Origin: a bacterium
GTDB lineage: Bacteria > Cyanobacteriota > Sericytochromatia > S15B-MN24 > UBA4093
Length of the DNA: 64,000 nt
Direction of reading: 5' to 3'
Assembly (NCBI GenBank): GCA_035285805.1
Contig: JAYKJE010000021.1
Location: forward strand, 12,267 to 76,266
The notes under the pieces are model-generated. The model searched no databases. It was not told the DNA's origin and saw only the letters and a list, made by a program, of their open reading frames with translations. Below are positions 1 through 10,536 of this stretch, in pieces; the first letter of the stretch is position 1, and each line of letters starts with the position of its first letter. A program made the position numbers and the translations under genes.

Positions 1-82
1 CCTTCGAGGAGGTCGAGGCGATCGCCCCCACCGGGCGGTCGGCGGGATGGGGCTCGTCGGGACGCTGAACGGGGGACCCCGC

Positions 83-889
83 ATGACCAAGCACGACGCA
101 CCACTCCCCATCCGCGTGATCGTGGCCGGTGCCGCGGGCCGCATGGGGCAGGAGGTCGTCCGGGCCGTTCTGGCCCAGCCAGACCTGCAACTCGTGGCCT
201 GCTTCGACCGGGTCTACGGGCCGGAGGTCGTCCCCCCGTCGTCCGGCGCCCGGATGGCTTCCTCTCTGGCGGAGCTCGAGGGCGTCGAGGCGGACGTCTG
301 GGTCGATTTCACGGTGCCCGCCTTCGTGAAGACCGGGGTCTCCTGGGCGCTCGAGCACGGCATGGTCCCCCTCGTCGGGGCGACGGGGATGGGCCCCGAA
401 GACCGGGCCGAGCTGGCGGCCCTGGCCGAGCGGACGGGGCGGGGGTGTCTGATTGCCCCGAATTTCGCGCTCGGCGCGGTGCTGCTCATGAAGTTCGCTG
501 CCGAGGCTGCGCGTTACTTCCCGGCCGCCGAGATCATCGAGCTTCATCATGAGCGGAAGGTCGACGCCCCGAGCGGGACGGCCCGTCTCACGGCCGACCG
601 CATGTCGGCCGTGCGCCAGCAGGCCGGTTTGCCATCCGAGCCGCTGGAGGCGGGCGAAGAGGCGATCGCCGGGGTGAGGGGCGGAGCGTGCGGGAGCATT
701 CGCGTCCACAGCGTCCGTCTGCCGGGTCTACTCGCGCATCAGGAGGTGCTGCTCGGTGGGACGGGGGAGCTCCTCACCCTCCGGCACGACAGCCTGTCCC
801 GGGAAAGCTTCATGCCAGGCGTCGTCCTGGCCATCCGCAAGGCCTCCTCGATCCGGGGGCTGATCGTCGGTCTCGAAAATCTGCTCTGA
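83..889 (+). CDS. dapB: 4-hydroxy-tetrahydrodipicolinate reductase (DapB)
   Basis: N-terminal Rossmann motif IRVIVAGAAGRMG followed by DapB-like sequence. I chose the ATG at 83 rather than the ORF-track start at 47. Confidence 0.85.
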   Translation: MTKHDAPLPIRVIVAGAAGRMGQEVVRAVLAQPDLQLVACFDRVYGPEVVPPSSGARMASSLAELEGVEADVWVDFTVPAFVKTGVSWALEHGMVPLVGATGMGPEDRAELAALAERTGRGCLIAPNFALGAVLLMKFAAEAARYFPAAEIIELHHERKVDAPSGTARLTADRMSAVRQQAGLPSEPLEAGEEAIAGVRGGACGSIRVHSVRLPGLLAHQEVLLGGTGELLTLRHDSLSRESFMPGVVLAIRKASSIRGLIVGLENLL

Positions 890-1966
890 GTGCGCTTGCT
901 TGCAGGAGGTCTCGTGTCGCGCGTGAAGATTGCCATCCTCGGTGCCACCGGTATGGTCGGACGGGAAATGCTCGCCATCCTGATCGAACGTGGCTTCGTC
1001 CCGAGCGATATCCGGTTGCTCGCCAGTGCGCGCTCCGCGGGCCGTGAAGTCGCTCATGCGGGCCAAGTCTGGACGGTCGAGGCGACGACCCCCGAGGCCT
1101 TCGACGGGGTGGACCTCGTGCTGGCCTCGGCGGGGGGCGACGTCTCCCGGAAGTGGGCTCCGATCGCCGTATCGCGGGGGGCCACCGTCATCGACAACAC
1201 CTCGGCCTTCCGGCTCGACCCTTCGGTCCCCCTCGTGATACCCGAGATCAACGCCCATGCGCTCGAGGACCATCGCGGTATCATCGCGAATCCGAACTGC
1301 TCGACCGCCATCCTCCTGATGGTCCTCCACCCGCTGCGGCGGCTGGCCACCATCAAGCGGGTCGTCGTCTCGACCTACCAGTCCGTGTCGGGGGCCGGCC
1401 GTGAGGCCATCGAGGAACTGCGGGCCCAGAGCCGTCAGGTGCTCGACGGCGAGCGTCCGAGCGTTCAGGTCCTGAGTGCGCCCATCGCGTTCAACCTCAT
1501 CCCGACGATCGATGCCATGACGGATCAGGGTTACACGCGCGAGGAGCTCAAGTTCACCCATGAGACCCGCAAGATCTTCGAGGAACCCCTGTTCATGATC
1601 TCGGGCACCTGCATCCGGGTGCCCGTCGAGGTCGGTCACAGTGAATCGGTCAACATCGAATTCGACCGGGTGCTGGACCTGGAAGTCGTACGGGCGACGC
1701 TTGCCCAGGCGCCCGGGGTGCGGGTGGTCGACGATCGGAAGGCGTTGCAGTTCCCCCAGCCCCTCGAGGCCGCCGGCCTCGACGACGTGCTCGTCGGACG
1801 GCTGCGCGCGGACATCTCGCATCCGCACGCCATCCAGTGCTGGGTGGTCGGGGACAACCTGCGCCGTGGGGCGGCACTCAATGCCGTGCTGATCGCCGAG
1901 ATGCTGCGGGACAGGGGCTGGATCAAGGGGCAGCGTCAGGCGGCCACCTCCACGATGGACGCCTGA
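890..1966 (+). CDS. asd: aspartate-semialdehyde dehydrogenase
   Basis: KIAILGATGMVGREML N-terminus and an active-site Cys context (NPNCSTA). It starts immediately after the dapB stop. A GTG start at 914 is also possible. Confidence 0.85.
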   Translation: MRLLAGGLVSRVKIAILGATGMVGREMLAILIERGFVPSDIRLLASARSAGREVAHAGQVWTVEATTPEAFDGVDLVLASAGGDVSRKWAPIAVSRGATVIDNTSAFRLDPSVPLVIPEINAHALEDHRGIIANPNCSTAILLMVLHPLRRLATIKRVVVSTYQSVSGAGREAIEELRAQSRQVLDGERPSVQVLSAPIAFNLIPTIDAMTDQGYTREELKFTHETRKIFEEPLFMISGTCIRVPVEVGHSESVNIEFDRVLDLEVVRATLAQAPGVRVVDDRKALQFPQPLEAAGLDDVLVGRLRADISHPHAIQCWVVGDNLRRGAALNAVLIAEMLRDRGWIKGQRQAATSTMDA

Positions 1967-2042
1967 AGCGTGGACGCCCCTGATCGCCCGTGCCAGAATG
2001 AGGCCACATGACCCCACGACGAGGTGGGCAAGGAGGAACGAG

Positions 2043-2942
2043 ATGAAGATGATGGGTCGCCTGCTCACGGCGATGGTCACACCCTTCGACGGCGCCGGTC
2101 GCGTCGACCTGGCCCTGGCGCGGCGTCTGGCCCGGCATCTGGTGCTCTCCGGCTCCGATGGCCTGGTGGTCGCCGGTACGACGGGGGAGTCACCGACCCT
2201 TTCTCACGACGAGAAGCTTGCCCTCTTCGAGGCCGTCGTCGCCGAGGTCGGCGAGGAGGCGACGGTCATCGCGGGCACGGGGTCGAACGATACCGCCTCC
2301 ACCGTCGCGCTGTCCCGCGAGGCCCAGGCCCTCGGGGTGGACGGGCTGCTGCTCATCTCGCCCTATTACAACCGCCCCGATCAGGAAGGGCTGATGCGCC
2401 ACTTCCTGGCCGTGGCCGAGGCGGTCGAGGTGCCGATCATCCTCTACAACCATCCTCCCCGGACGGGCGTGGCGATCGCCGCGAGCACCCTGTCCGAACT
2501 CGCCTGCCACCCGCGCATCGTGGCGCTCAAGGATTCCTCGGCCTCCCTGGACGTGGCCAGCACTTATCTCCAGGTCGTCCCCGAAGACTTCTTGCTGTAT
2601 TCGGGCAACGACTCGCTGACGCTGCCCTATCTCGCCATCGGCGCACACGGGGTGATCAGCGTGGCGTCTCATCTGGTCGGAACCGAGTTGAAGCGCATGA
2701 TCGCGGCGGTCGATGCGGGCGACCTTGCGTCAGCCCGGGCGATCCACCACTCCCTGTGGGATCTTGGCGAGGCCCTCTTCGAGGTGCCTTCCCCGGCTCC
2801 CGTGAAGGCAGCCCTCCAGCTGCAGGGCTGGGCCGTGGGTGGGTGCCGATTGCCGCTCGTCCCCGCGGACGAACGGGTCCGCGCTCGCATGGCGGGAGTG
2901 CTCGAGAACCTCCAGCTGCCGATCGCCGGAGGCGTCGCTTGA
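2043..2942 (+). CDS. dapA: 4-hydroxy-tetrahydrodipicolinate synthase (DapA)
   Basis: MVTPF...VVAGTTGESPTLSHDEK motif. An AAGGAGG ribosome-binding site sits 6 nt upstream of the ATG at 2043. Confidence 0.9.
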   Translation: MKMMGRLLTAMVTPFDGAGRVDLALARRLARHLVLSGSDGLVVAGTTGESPTLSHDEKLALFEAVVAEVGEEATVIAGTGSNDTASTVALSREAQALGVDGLLLISPYYNRPDQEGLMRHFLAVAEAVEVPIILYNHPPRTGVAIAASTLSELACHPRIVALKDSSASLDVASTYLQVVPEDFLLYSGNDSLTLPYLAIGAHGVISVASHLVGTELKRMIAAVDAGDLASARAIHHSLWDLGEALFEVPSPAPVKAALQLQGWAVGGCRLPLVPADERVRARMAGVLENLQLPIAGGVA

Positions 2943-4633
2943 CCGGCGCGCGTGTCCGTATCCTGCCCCTGGGAGGGCTGGGAGAGATCGGCAAGAACAT
3001 GTGGGCCGTCGAGACGGATGACGACCTCGTCATCCTCGACTGTGGTTTCGCCTTCCCCACCGACGAGATGACGGGCGTCGATTACGTCCTGCCCGACTAC
3101 TCCTACGTGCTCGAGCATGCCGACCGTCTGCGCGGGGTGTTCATCACGCACGGTCACGAGGACCACATCGGGGGACTTCCCTTCCTGCTCCGCCAGCTCG
3201 ACCCGATCCCCACGGTCCATGCCACCCCGCTCACGGCGGGGCTCATCGAGGCCAAGCTCAAAGAGTATCCCCAGCTCCGGGGCCGCGTGCCCATCCAGGT
3301 CGTGAACCCACGGGACCGCTTGACCGCGGGCACCTGCACCATCGAGTACCTGCGGGTCACACACAGCATCCCGGATGCCTGCGCGATCGCCGTGCATGCA
3401 CCGGGTGGCACGGTGCTGTACACCGGCGACTTCAAGATGGACCAGACGCCCGTCGACGGGCAGTTCTTCGATTTCTACAAGTTCGCGGAACTGGGCGAGA
3501 AGGGTGTCCTGGCGCTCCTGTCCGATTCGACCAACGCCACCCGCGAGGGCTTCACCCAGTCGGAGCGCATGGTGGAACTGGGGCTGGACCCCTGCTTCGC
3601 CTCGGCCAGGAGCCGCATCATCGTGGCAACCTTTGCCTCGAGCGTCCACCGCGTGCAGTCCATCTGCGGCCTCGCAGAAAAGTACGGCCGCAAGGTCGCT
3701 CTCGTGGGGCGATCGCTCCAGAAGATGGCCGATCAGGCGCGTCGACACGGCTTCCTGACGGTTCCGGACGACCTCATCCTGCCCATCGACAAGATCATGG
3801 CCTTGCCCGACGAGCAGGTCTGCTTCATCTCGACCGGGAGTCAGGGTGAGCCCACGAGCGGGCTCACGCGCATCGCCCACCACGAGCACAAGCACGTCCG
3901 GGTCGTGGCCGGGGATACCGTGGTCCTCTCGGCCATTCCCATCCCGGGGAACGAACGAGCCGTCACGCGCGTCATCAACCGGCTCTACGAGCGCGGGGCG
4001 AAAGTCTTCTATGACACGAATCGCTCGAGCGCTCCGGGGGCAACTCGCCACGTCTCGGGACACGCGAGTCGCGAGGAGTTGCGGCTCATGCTCGTGCTCA
4101 CCCGACCGCGACATTTCATCCCCATCCATGGCGAGGCTCGCCAGCTGATCAAGCATGGTGAACTCGCCGTCGCCACCGGTGTGGCTCCGGAGCGGGTCCA
4201 CATCCTGGAGAATGGCCAGATTCTCGAGCTCGAACACGATGCCGCCGCGGTGGTCGGCTCCTTCCCGGCCGAGCCGGTGCTGGTCGAAAAGGGCCAGATG
4301 GTCTCCATCTCCGAGGCACGTCTCGATGAACGGTCGTCGCTCGGCACCCAGGGAGTCCTGTCCATCGCAGCCGTGATCGATCGCTCGGGACTGCTCGTGG
4401 CCCCCGTCAGCTATGCCCTGCAGGGCGTTCCTCAGGACCCCGTGCCCGAGAATTTCGTCGCCTTGCTCGAAGCCGCCATCGAGAGGGCCATCGGAGCGTG
4501 TCAGCACGAGGGGCTGGAAGAGCGGGCAGACTGGATCGCGAGCATCCGCGCTGAACTGGGTAAGACGATCCAGGAGGCGTTGCGGCGGCGACCGGTTCTC
4601 GTGCTTCACCTGCAGGAGATGTCTCCGGTCTGA
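2939..4633 (+). CDS. rnj: ribonuclease J (metallo-beta-lactamase / beta-CASP RNase)
   Basis: RILPLGGLGEIGKNM and HGHEDHIGGLPFLL motifs. The TTG start overlaps the dapA stop (TTGA). The remainder of the long 2024..4633 ORF is a frame-readthrough artefact. Confidence 0.85.
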   Translation: MTGARVRILPLGGLGEIGKNMWAVETDDDLVILDCGFAFPTDEMTGVDYVLPDYSYVLEHADRLRGVFITHGHEDHIGGLPFLLRQLDPIPTVHATPLTAGLIEAKLKEYPQLRGRVPIQVVNPRDRLTAGTCTIEYLRVTHSIPDACAIAVHAPGGTVLYTGDFKMDQTPVDGQFFDFYKFAELGEKGVLALLSDSTNATREGFTQSERMVELGLDPCFASARSRIIVATFASSVHRVQSICGLAEKYGRKVALVGRSLQKMADQARRHGFLTVPDDLILPIDKIMALPDEQVCFISTGSQGEPTSGLTRIAHHEHKHVRVVAGDTVVLSAIPIPGNERAVTRVINRLYERGAKVFYDTNRSSAPGATRHVSGHASREELRLMLVLTRPRHFIPIHGEARQLIKHGELAVATGVAPERVHILENGQILELEHDAAAVVGSFPAEPVLVEKGQMVSISEARLDERSSLGTQGVLSIAAVIDRSGLLVAPVSYALQGVPQDPVPENFVALLEAAIERAIGACQHEGLEERADWIASIRAELGKTIQEALRRRPVLVLHLQEMSPV

Positions 4634-4665
4634 GGCCGATTGCCGGGCGTCAAGGAGGCGAATCG

Positions 4666-6561
4666 TTGTCCAGAGAACTCTTGGTCGAGAAGTCCTGGGA
4701 CTTTCCTGCCGTGCCCGGTGCGGTCTGGCCGCTCGTCTCGGACACCAACCGCCTGACTCGACTGATGGATATCTCTCCCGTGACGTTCACGGTCGTCCAG
4801 AATCCCGATCCGGACCGGTTGCTGGGCATCACGGGTGAGGTCGGCGGCACGCACGTCGAGTATGACGAGAGTCCCTTCGAGTGGGTCGAGAACCGGTATC
4901 TGGCCTACCAGCGCACCTACCGGAAGGGCTGGGTGAACCGCTTGCGCGTGCACGTGGCGCTCGAGCCCGTCGAAGGCGTCACGCGTGTCACGCTTCGTGC
5001 CTGGATCACCCCGTGGCGCGGCTTGCGTCAGGTCTTCGGCAAGACGTTCGCGAAAGGGCTCCTCTCTGCTCATGATCGCGGCTATTCCCGGCTCATCGAG
5101 GGCCTGCGAAGGTCTCCCGCGGACCCCCATGCCGGTGCTCGTTCCGGTGAACCCGCTCCGGGGGCGAACCCGGTCGCGATATCGGCCATGAGGCTGGCTT
5201 TCGCGGAAGAACCGGCGGCGCGCGGCATCATCGACACCCTCGCGGATCGTATCTCCCATGGCTATGACTTCGAGGTGGCACGGCTGGCTCCCTTCGAACT
5301 CGCGGACCGGTGGGGTCTGGATCGTCGCGAGGTGCTCCGGGTCATGCTGAGGGCTGCCCACCGGGGCCATCTGCAGTTGCGATGGGAGCATCTGTGTGGC
5401 AGTTGCCGCGGTCCCGCCGATGAGGTCTCCAACCTGCAAGCGGTGAAGGTCTCGGCGTTCTGCCCCCGCTGTGCGATCGATACTCCTGCAGAATTTGCCC
5501 GGACGATCGCCCTGCATTTCGTCCCCGATATCCGGTTGCGCTCCGTGGACCCCGTTTATTACTGCGTGGGAGGTCCGGGTGGACGTCCCCATCTCGTGTC
5601 TCAGTTCCTCATGACGCCGGGACAGGCCCGGGAAGTCACCCTTTCCCTACCGCCGGGGGACTATCGCCTGCACGCGGGTCCGATCGCCGTCTCGGCTTTC
5701 GGTGGCCGGGCGGTGGATTTCAGGGTGCGGGATAGCCACACCTCGAACCGTGCCAGGATCGCCCTGTCCTCGGCCGACTCTGGCGGTCTCGTGCTGGAGC
5801 TTGCGGCAGGCACCCAGTCGCTCTCCCTCGAGAGCGATGCCGGCGGGCTCGTGCAGATCGAGCGACTGGCATGGGTCGACACGGACGTGACCGGTGCGAT
5901 GCTGGCCACCTTCCAGGAGTTTCGTAACCTCTTCCCGGACGAGGCTCTGGCAGAGGGGGTCGAACTCCGGATCGATCCGGTCACGATCCTCTTCACCGAC
6001 CTGAAGAGCTCGACGGCGCTCTACGAGCAACTGGGCGATGACGAGGCGTTTGCGCGCGTCCGCGACCACTTCCGGATCCTGGTGGAAGCGATCGACCTCA
6101 ACCGCGGGGCCGTCGTCAAGACCGTCGGGGATGCCGTGATGGCGGCTTTCGAGTCCTCCATCGATGCCGTCAGGGCAGCCCTCGACCTGCAGGCCGGCAT
6201 CGAAAGATACAACCGCTCGAGGCCAGGCAAGGAGCCCCTCGTGGTCAAACCGGGGGTGCACGCGGGACCTGCTCTCGCCGTCAGGCTCAACGGGCGACTC
6301 GATTATTTCGGAACCACCGTCAACCTGGCCGCCCGGGTCCAGAACGAGGCCCGGGGCCTGGACCTCGTCCTGTCGGAGGCCGTGGTTGCGGATCCCGCCG
6401 TCGGGGAGTTGCTCGCGTCGATGTCCGGGCATCGGCGAGAGGTCCGTGACGTCAGCCTGAAGGGCCTGAGCGGGACGCACGCGCTCACCTTCTGGTGCCT
6501 GGACCCGGAGGTGCTTCTCGGTTCTCAGGCCACGGTGGGCGCGGGCTCACATGGAGCCTGA
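4666..6561 (+). CDS. class III adenylate cyclase with an N-terminal SRPBCC-like domain and a central Cys4 zinc-ribbon region
   Basis: C-terminal cyclase homology-domain motifs FTDLKSST, VKTVGDAVMAAF and TVNLAARVQ (Lys and Asp specificity residues). The N-terminus resembles the polyketide-cyclase/SRPBCC fold. Middle motifs CGSC...CPRC are present. A TTG start with an AAGGAGG ribosome-binding site lies at 4652. Confidence 0.8.
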   Translation: MSRELLVEKSWDFPAVPGAVWPLVSDTNRLTRLMDISPVTFTVVQNPDPDRLLGITGEVGGTHVEYDESPFEWVENRYLAYQRTYRKGWVNRLRVHVALEPVEGVTRVTLRAWITPWRGLRQVFGKTFAKGLLSAHDRGYSRLIEGLRRSPADPHAGARSGEPAPGANPVAISAMRLAFAEEPAARGIIDTLADRISHGYDFEVARLAPFELADRWGLDRREVLRVMLRAAHRGHLQLRWEHLCGSCRGPADEVSNLQAVKVSAFCPRCAIDTPAEFARTIALHFVPDIRLRSVDPVYYCVGGPGGRPHLVSQFLMTPGQAREVTLSLPPGDYRLHAGPIAVSAFGGRAVDFRVRDSHTSNRARIALSSADSGGLVLELAAGTQSLSLESDAGGLVQIERLAWVDTDVTGAMLATFQEFRNLFPDEALAEGVELRIDPVTILFTDLKSSTALYEQLGDDEAFARVRDHFRILVEAIDLNRGAVVKTVGDAVMAAFESSIDAVRAALDLQAGIERYNRSRPGKEPLVVKPGVHAGPALAVRLNGRLDYFGTTVNLAARVQNEARGLDLVLSEAVVADPAVGELLASMSGHRREVRDVSLKGLSGTHALTFWCLDPEVLLGSQATVGAGSHGA

Positions 6562-6836
6562 ACGTTCCAGGTAGCGGCGCCCCCTGGACGTGATCGAGAG
6601 CGACCGGGGACCGGTGTCCGGGGTGCTCTGGCAGCCCACCTCGCAACCCTGACAGCCACCGGATGCGCAAGCACCGTCCATGGCGTGGGTTTCCAGATAG
6701 CCCATGCGGGTGAGGTGCGTCATCAGGTCGTCGTAGGTGTCTCGGGTGAGGCCGAGGCGTGACCGGAGCTCGAAGCCGCTCGGCCTCGGGGTGGTGTCGA
6801 GCAGGGCCAGGAGCCGGAGCAGAGGGTCGTTCATGC
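6547..6836 (-). CDS. feoC: FeoC-like winged-helix iron-transport regulator
   Basis: Small protein with a Cys-rich motif ([13 protein letters not shown]) immediately downstream of feoB. Its ATG overlaps the feoB stop (ATGA). Confidence 0.6.
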
Positions 6837-8834
6837 CCAGCCCAGAACGCGACCCAGCTGCCAGAGCCCGGCCCCGAGTCCCCAGGCGAGTCCGAGCCCG
6901 TAGACGCTCGCGAGCAGGGTCCATCGCCAGCTGAGTGTCTCACGGTGGATGGCGACGATGGTCGAGAAGCACGGGACGTATACGAGGCTCACGACCATGT
7001 ACACGAACGCGGACCAGCCGCCGACCGCCTGCTGGAGGGCTGCCGACAGGCCATCTTCCCCCACGCCATAGATGACGGCGAGAGACGCGAGCGCCCCTTC
7101 CTTGGCCAGGAAGCCACCGAACAGACTCACCATGAGACGCCAGTCCAGCCCCATCGTGCTCCCGAGGGGGGCCAGCAGCTGTCCGACCTGACCCGCGAGG
7201 GATCTCTCGATCCCGGGGCCGGGCCAGTGCGTGAAGACGAACAGGACGGCCGTCATCAGGGTGATCTGGGTGCCTGCTCGCTGAAGGAAGCCGCGTGCCG
7301 AGCGCCAGGCGTGGGTGAGGACGTTGCGCGGGATCGGCCGGTGATAGGGGGGCAACTCGAGGATGAATGACGAGGGTTCGCCCTGGAAGAGCAGCCGCTT
7401 GAAGAGCATGCTGACGGCGATGACGAGTCCCGCACTCAGGCCATAGAGGGACAGCAGAACGAGCGCCCCGCGACTTCCGGGGAAGAAGGTTCCGGCGAGG
7501 AACACGAACAGCACGAGACGCGCCTGGCAGAGCATCAGCGGGTTCACCAGGATCGTGAGCAGCCGGTCCCCCTGATTCTCGATGGTGCGCGTGGCCATGA
7601 TGGCGGGCACGTTGCAGCCGAAGCCCATCAGGAGTGGCAAGAAGCTGCGGCCGTGCAGCCCCATGGCGCCCATGACACGGTCCATCACGAAGGCGGCGCG
7701 CGCCAGGTAACCGGAGTCCTCGAGGATGGCGAAGAGGGTGAAGAAGATCAGGATGGTCGGGAAAAATCCCGCCACCGTCGAGAAACCGGCCCAGGGGCCC
7801 TCGAGCAGGAAGTCCGTGAGCGGTCCCGGTGGCAGGCCACGCGTGAGCCAGCCTCCGAGGGTCTCGAGCAGTCCGTTGAGCCGGTCTGTGAGGGGCCTGG
7901 CAAGCATGAACGTCGCCCAGAACATCCCTCCGAAGATCAGGCCCAGGAAGGGGATACCGGTCCAGCGACCCGTCACGAGGCGGTCCAGGCGGTCGGTCCA
8001 GTCGAGCGACCGGGAGGGACCACGCTCGACCACGCGGTTCATGATCTCCGTGAGCAGCGCATAGGCGGCCCCAACCCCTTCGGCCTCGAGGTCCTCGAGG
8101 CCCCGGGTCTGCCGCTCCTGGTCGGCGCGCATCAGCGCCGGTGCCCAGGCGGGCTCGCGGCGTGCCCGTGCGAGGGCTGCGGCGTCCTGTTCGAGCAGCT
8201 TCCGGGCCCACCAGGCCCGCGTCCGGGGCGCCCCTGCCTCGGCGGGGAGCAGGTCGGCGATCGCCTCGACGACCTCCACCACCCCGGGGGAGGCTTTCAC
8301 GCGCAGGGGATCGACGGGGCGCCTGTCCGAGGCGATCGCCTCGATGGCGGACACCAGGGCCTCGTGGCCTTCCCGTCGCTCGGCGATCATCGGGACGACG
8401 GGGACACCCAGCTCGGCTTCCAGGGCCGCCAGGTCGATCCGGATCCCGCGGCGTTCGGCCAGGTCGCGCATGTTGAGGGCCAGGACCAGGTGGTCCGTCA
8501 GCTCGGCGAGCTGGAGCGTGAGGTAGAGGTTGCGTTCGAGATTCGAGGCATCGACCACGTGGACGACCACGTCCGGCCGCGCATCGAGGATGTACTCCCG
8601 GGCGATGAGTTCCTCGGGGGAGAGCGCCGTGAGGCTGTAGGTTCCCGGCAGGTCAACGAGCCGGATCGTGAGGCCGGAGCGCCGGACCGTGCCTTCCGTG
8701 CGCTCGACGGTCTTGCCGGCCCAGTTTCCGACGTGCTGGTTGAGTCCCGTCAGGGTGTTGAAGACCGTGCTCTTCCCCACGTTGGGGTTGCCGGCCAGGG
8801 CGACCGTGAGCGTACGGGTCGACGGGGAGACCAT
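6831..8834 (-). CDS. feoB: ferrous iron transporter FeoB
   Basis: N-terminal G-domain [12 protein letters not shown] followed by a polytopic membrane domain. I chose the internal start MVSPSTRTL next to the feoA stop. Confidence 0.9.
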   Translation of the reverse strand: MVSPSTRTLTVALAGNPNVGKSTVFNTLTGLNQHVGNWAGKTVERTEGTVRRSGLTIRLVDLPGTYSLTALSPEELIAREYILDARPDVVVHVVDASNLERNLYLTLQLAELTDHLVLALNMRDLAERRGIRIDLAALEAELGVPVVPMIAERREGHEALVSAIEAIASDRRPVDPLRVKASPGVVEVVEAIADLLPAEAGAPRTRAWWARKLLEQDAAALARARREPAWAPALMRADQERQTRGLEDLEAEGVGAAYALLTEIMNRVVERGPSRSLDWTDRLDRLVTGRWTGIPFLGLIFGGMFWATFMLARPLTDRLNGLLETLGGWLTRGLPPGPLTDFLLEGPWAGFSTVAGFFPTILIFFTLFAILEDSGYLARAAFVMDRVMGAMGLHGRSFLPLLMGFGCNVPAIMATRTIENQGDRLLTILVNPLMLCQARLVLFVFLAGTFFPGSRGALVLLSLYGLSAGLVIAVSMLFKRLLFQGEPSSFILELPPYHRPIPRNVLTHAWRSARGFLQRAGTQITLMTAVLFVFTHWPGPGIERSLAGQVGQLLAPLGSTMGLDWRLMVSLFGGFLAKEGALASLAVIYGVGEDGLSAALQQAVGGWSAFVYMVVSLVYVPCFSTIVAIHRETLSWRWTLLASVYGLGLAWGLGAGLWQLGRVLGWA

Positions 8835-8839
8835 CGGCG

Positions 8840-9070
8840 TCAGAGGAGCTCGATGGCGACCGTGGCGGCGTCGCGGCGCCGGATGGCGAGGTTGTATCCC
8901 CGGACCTCGAACTCGACGGGATCGGCCAGAGGTGCCGTCCGGATCGCCGAGATGGCGGTGCCCGCGACCATACCGAGGTCCATCATCCGCCGACGCGTGG
9001 GACCGTTGCCCGAGATACCGATGATTCGCGCGCGCTGGCCAGGGGCCAGATCGCTGAGCTTCGCCGCCAT
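8840..9070 (-). CDS. feoA: ferrous iron transport protein FeoA
   Basis: 76-aa SH3-like FeoA sequence (GQRARIIGI...) directly upstream of feoB. Confidence 0.85.
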   Translation of the reverse strand: MAAKLSDLAPGQRARIIGISGNGPTRRRMMDLGMVAGTAISAIRTAPLADPVEFEVRGYNLAIRRRDAATVAIELL

Positions 9071-9086
9071 GGAGAAACCACCTATC

Positions 9087-9105
9087 GCAAATGAGAATCG
9101 TTATC
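9087..9105. promoter_or_regulatory. Fur-box-like operator upstream of feoA
   Basis: GCAAATGAGAATCGTTATC matches 15 of 19 positions of the GATAATGATAATCATTATC consensus. It lies 17 nt upstream of the feoA ATG in a feo/MFS divergent intergenic region. Confidence 0.5.
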
Positions 9106-9279
9106 AACTAGGCTATCCCCTGCCCCTGTTCATGTCAAGTGAACGGGAGGTGAACCTCGGGCGAATCCGGGTTCAAGGAAACCCTCGTCAAGCCGGTACG
9201 AGCCACCGGCCTTTCCGAATGTTCCTCCGATCTTTGTTAAGATCAGGAGGTTCTCACTTCCGAGCGAAAGGGTGCTCTC

Positions 9280-10536
9280 TTGAGCGAATCGCAGCCATCG
9301 GGCGGCCGTTCCGGCCTGATGTTCATCTTCGTGACCCTGCTGATCGACATCATCGGCATCGGCCTGATCATCCCGATCCTTCCGGAACTCGTCCTGGAGT
9401 TCACGAAACAGGATCCCGGCACCGCCGCGCGCATGTTCGGCATCATGGGAGCCCTGTTCACGGCCATGCAGTTTCTCTGCTCGCCGGTCCAGGGGGCCGT
9501 CTCCGACCAGGTGGGGCGCAAGCCCGTGCTGCTCGTCTCGTTGCTCGGTTCCGCGCTGAGTTACGGCATCCTGGCGCTTGCCGGGAGCCTGCCCCTGCTC
9601 TTTCTGGGCCGTGCCCTCGCTGGTGCCGCCGGGGGCAGCCTGACGGTCGCGACCACGTACATCGTGGATGTCAGTGCTCCCGAGGATCGGGGCAAGAACT
9701 TCGGCCTGGTGGGCGCGGCCTTCGGTCTCGGCTTCATCCTGGGCCCGGCTCTGGGCGGTCTCCTCGGTCACTTCGGCCCGCGCCTCCCGTTCTGGGTGGC
9801 CGGCGGACTGGCCCTCGCCAACGCGCTCTACGGCTGGCTGAGGGTGCCCGAATCGCATCCGCTCGAACGCCGACGGGCCTTCACATGGAAGCAGGCCAAC
9901 CCCATCCACGCCTTCGGCCTCCTGGTCCGCGATCGCCGCGTCACCTGGATCGCGCTCGCCCTGTTCTTCTCGTGGATGTCTCAGTCGAGCCTGCAGAACG
10001 TCTGGGTACTTTACACCAAGGCGCGTTTCGGCTGGGACATGGCCCACACGGGCACCTCGCTCGCCGTGGTCGGGCTGGGGTCCGCCATCGTCCAGGGAGG
10101 TCTCATCCGGGTGCTGCTTCCGCGCCTGGGAGATCGCCGGGCCGTCTTCTTCGGACTCGGCCTCACGCTGCTGGCCCAGATCGGCTACGGCCTGGCGACC
10201 CAGGGCTGGATGATGTACGCGATCATCGCCTTCGCCAGCCTGGGCGGCATCTCGGGGCCGGCCGTGCAGGCCATCCTCTCGCGGCAGGTCGATCCCCGCG
10301 AGCAGGGCGCCGTTCAGGGGGCCGTCACGAGCCTCACGAGCCTCACGGGCATCATCAGCCCGCTCATCGCTGCTCCCCTGTTTGCCCATTACTCGGCGAA
10401 GGAGGCCGTTCCGTACGTGCCGGGAGCGCCGTTCTTCCTGGCAGCCATGTACCTGGCGATCTCGATGGGCCTCATGGTCTTCGTGTTCCGGAAGGTCCTC
10501 CCGGCTACTCCTGAACCGGCAGCGGCCAGCGCGTGA
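9280..10536 (+). CDS. MFS transporter, TetA/TCR-like efflux family
   Basis: Strong similarity to tetracycline-efflux-type MFS proteins ([26 protein letters not shown]), with about 12 transmembrane segments. TTG start. Confidence 0.85.
   Translation: MSESQPSGGRSGLMFIFVTLLIDIIGIGLIIPILPELVLEFTKQDPGTAARMFGIMGALFTAMQFLCSPVQGAVSDQVGRKPVLLVSLLGSALSYGILALAGSLPLLFLGRALAGAAGGSLTVATTYIVDVSAPEDRGKNFGLVGAAFGLGFILGPALGGLLGHFGPRLPFWVAGGLALANALYGWLRVPESHPLERRRAFTWKQANPIHAFGLLVRDRRVTWIALALFFSWMSQSSLQNVWVLYTKARFGWDMAHTGTSLAVVGLGSAIVQGGLIRVLLPRLGDRRAVFFGLGLTLLAQIGYGLATQGWMMYAIIAFASLGGISGPAVQAILSRQVDPREQGAVQGAVTSLTSLTGIISPLIAAPLFAHYSAKEAVPYVPGAPFFLAAMYLAISMGLMVFVFRKVLPATPEPAAASA

Noticed and set aside
728-2080. 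450-aa minus-strand ORF antisense to dapB and asd
   Set aside because: It lies opposite two strongly recognisable genes. Its R/G/P/D-rich composition is typical of open antisense frames in 70% GC DNA. The same applies to 2669..4609, 7653..10514, 13549..15411, 15114..16622, 18481..20100, 45128..46903, 53444..55693, 54474..55922 and 60722..62938.
2024-4633. 869-aa ORF spanning dapA and rnj
   Set aside because: It is a frame readthrough. The real rnj begins at TTG 2939 in this frame. The upstream part overlaps dapA in another frame and is Arg-rich nonsense.
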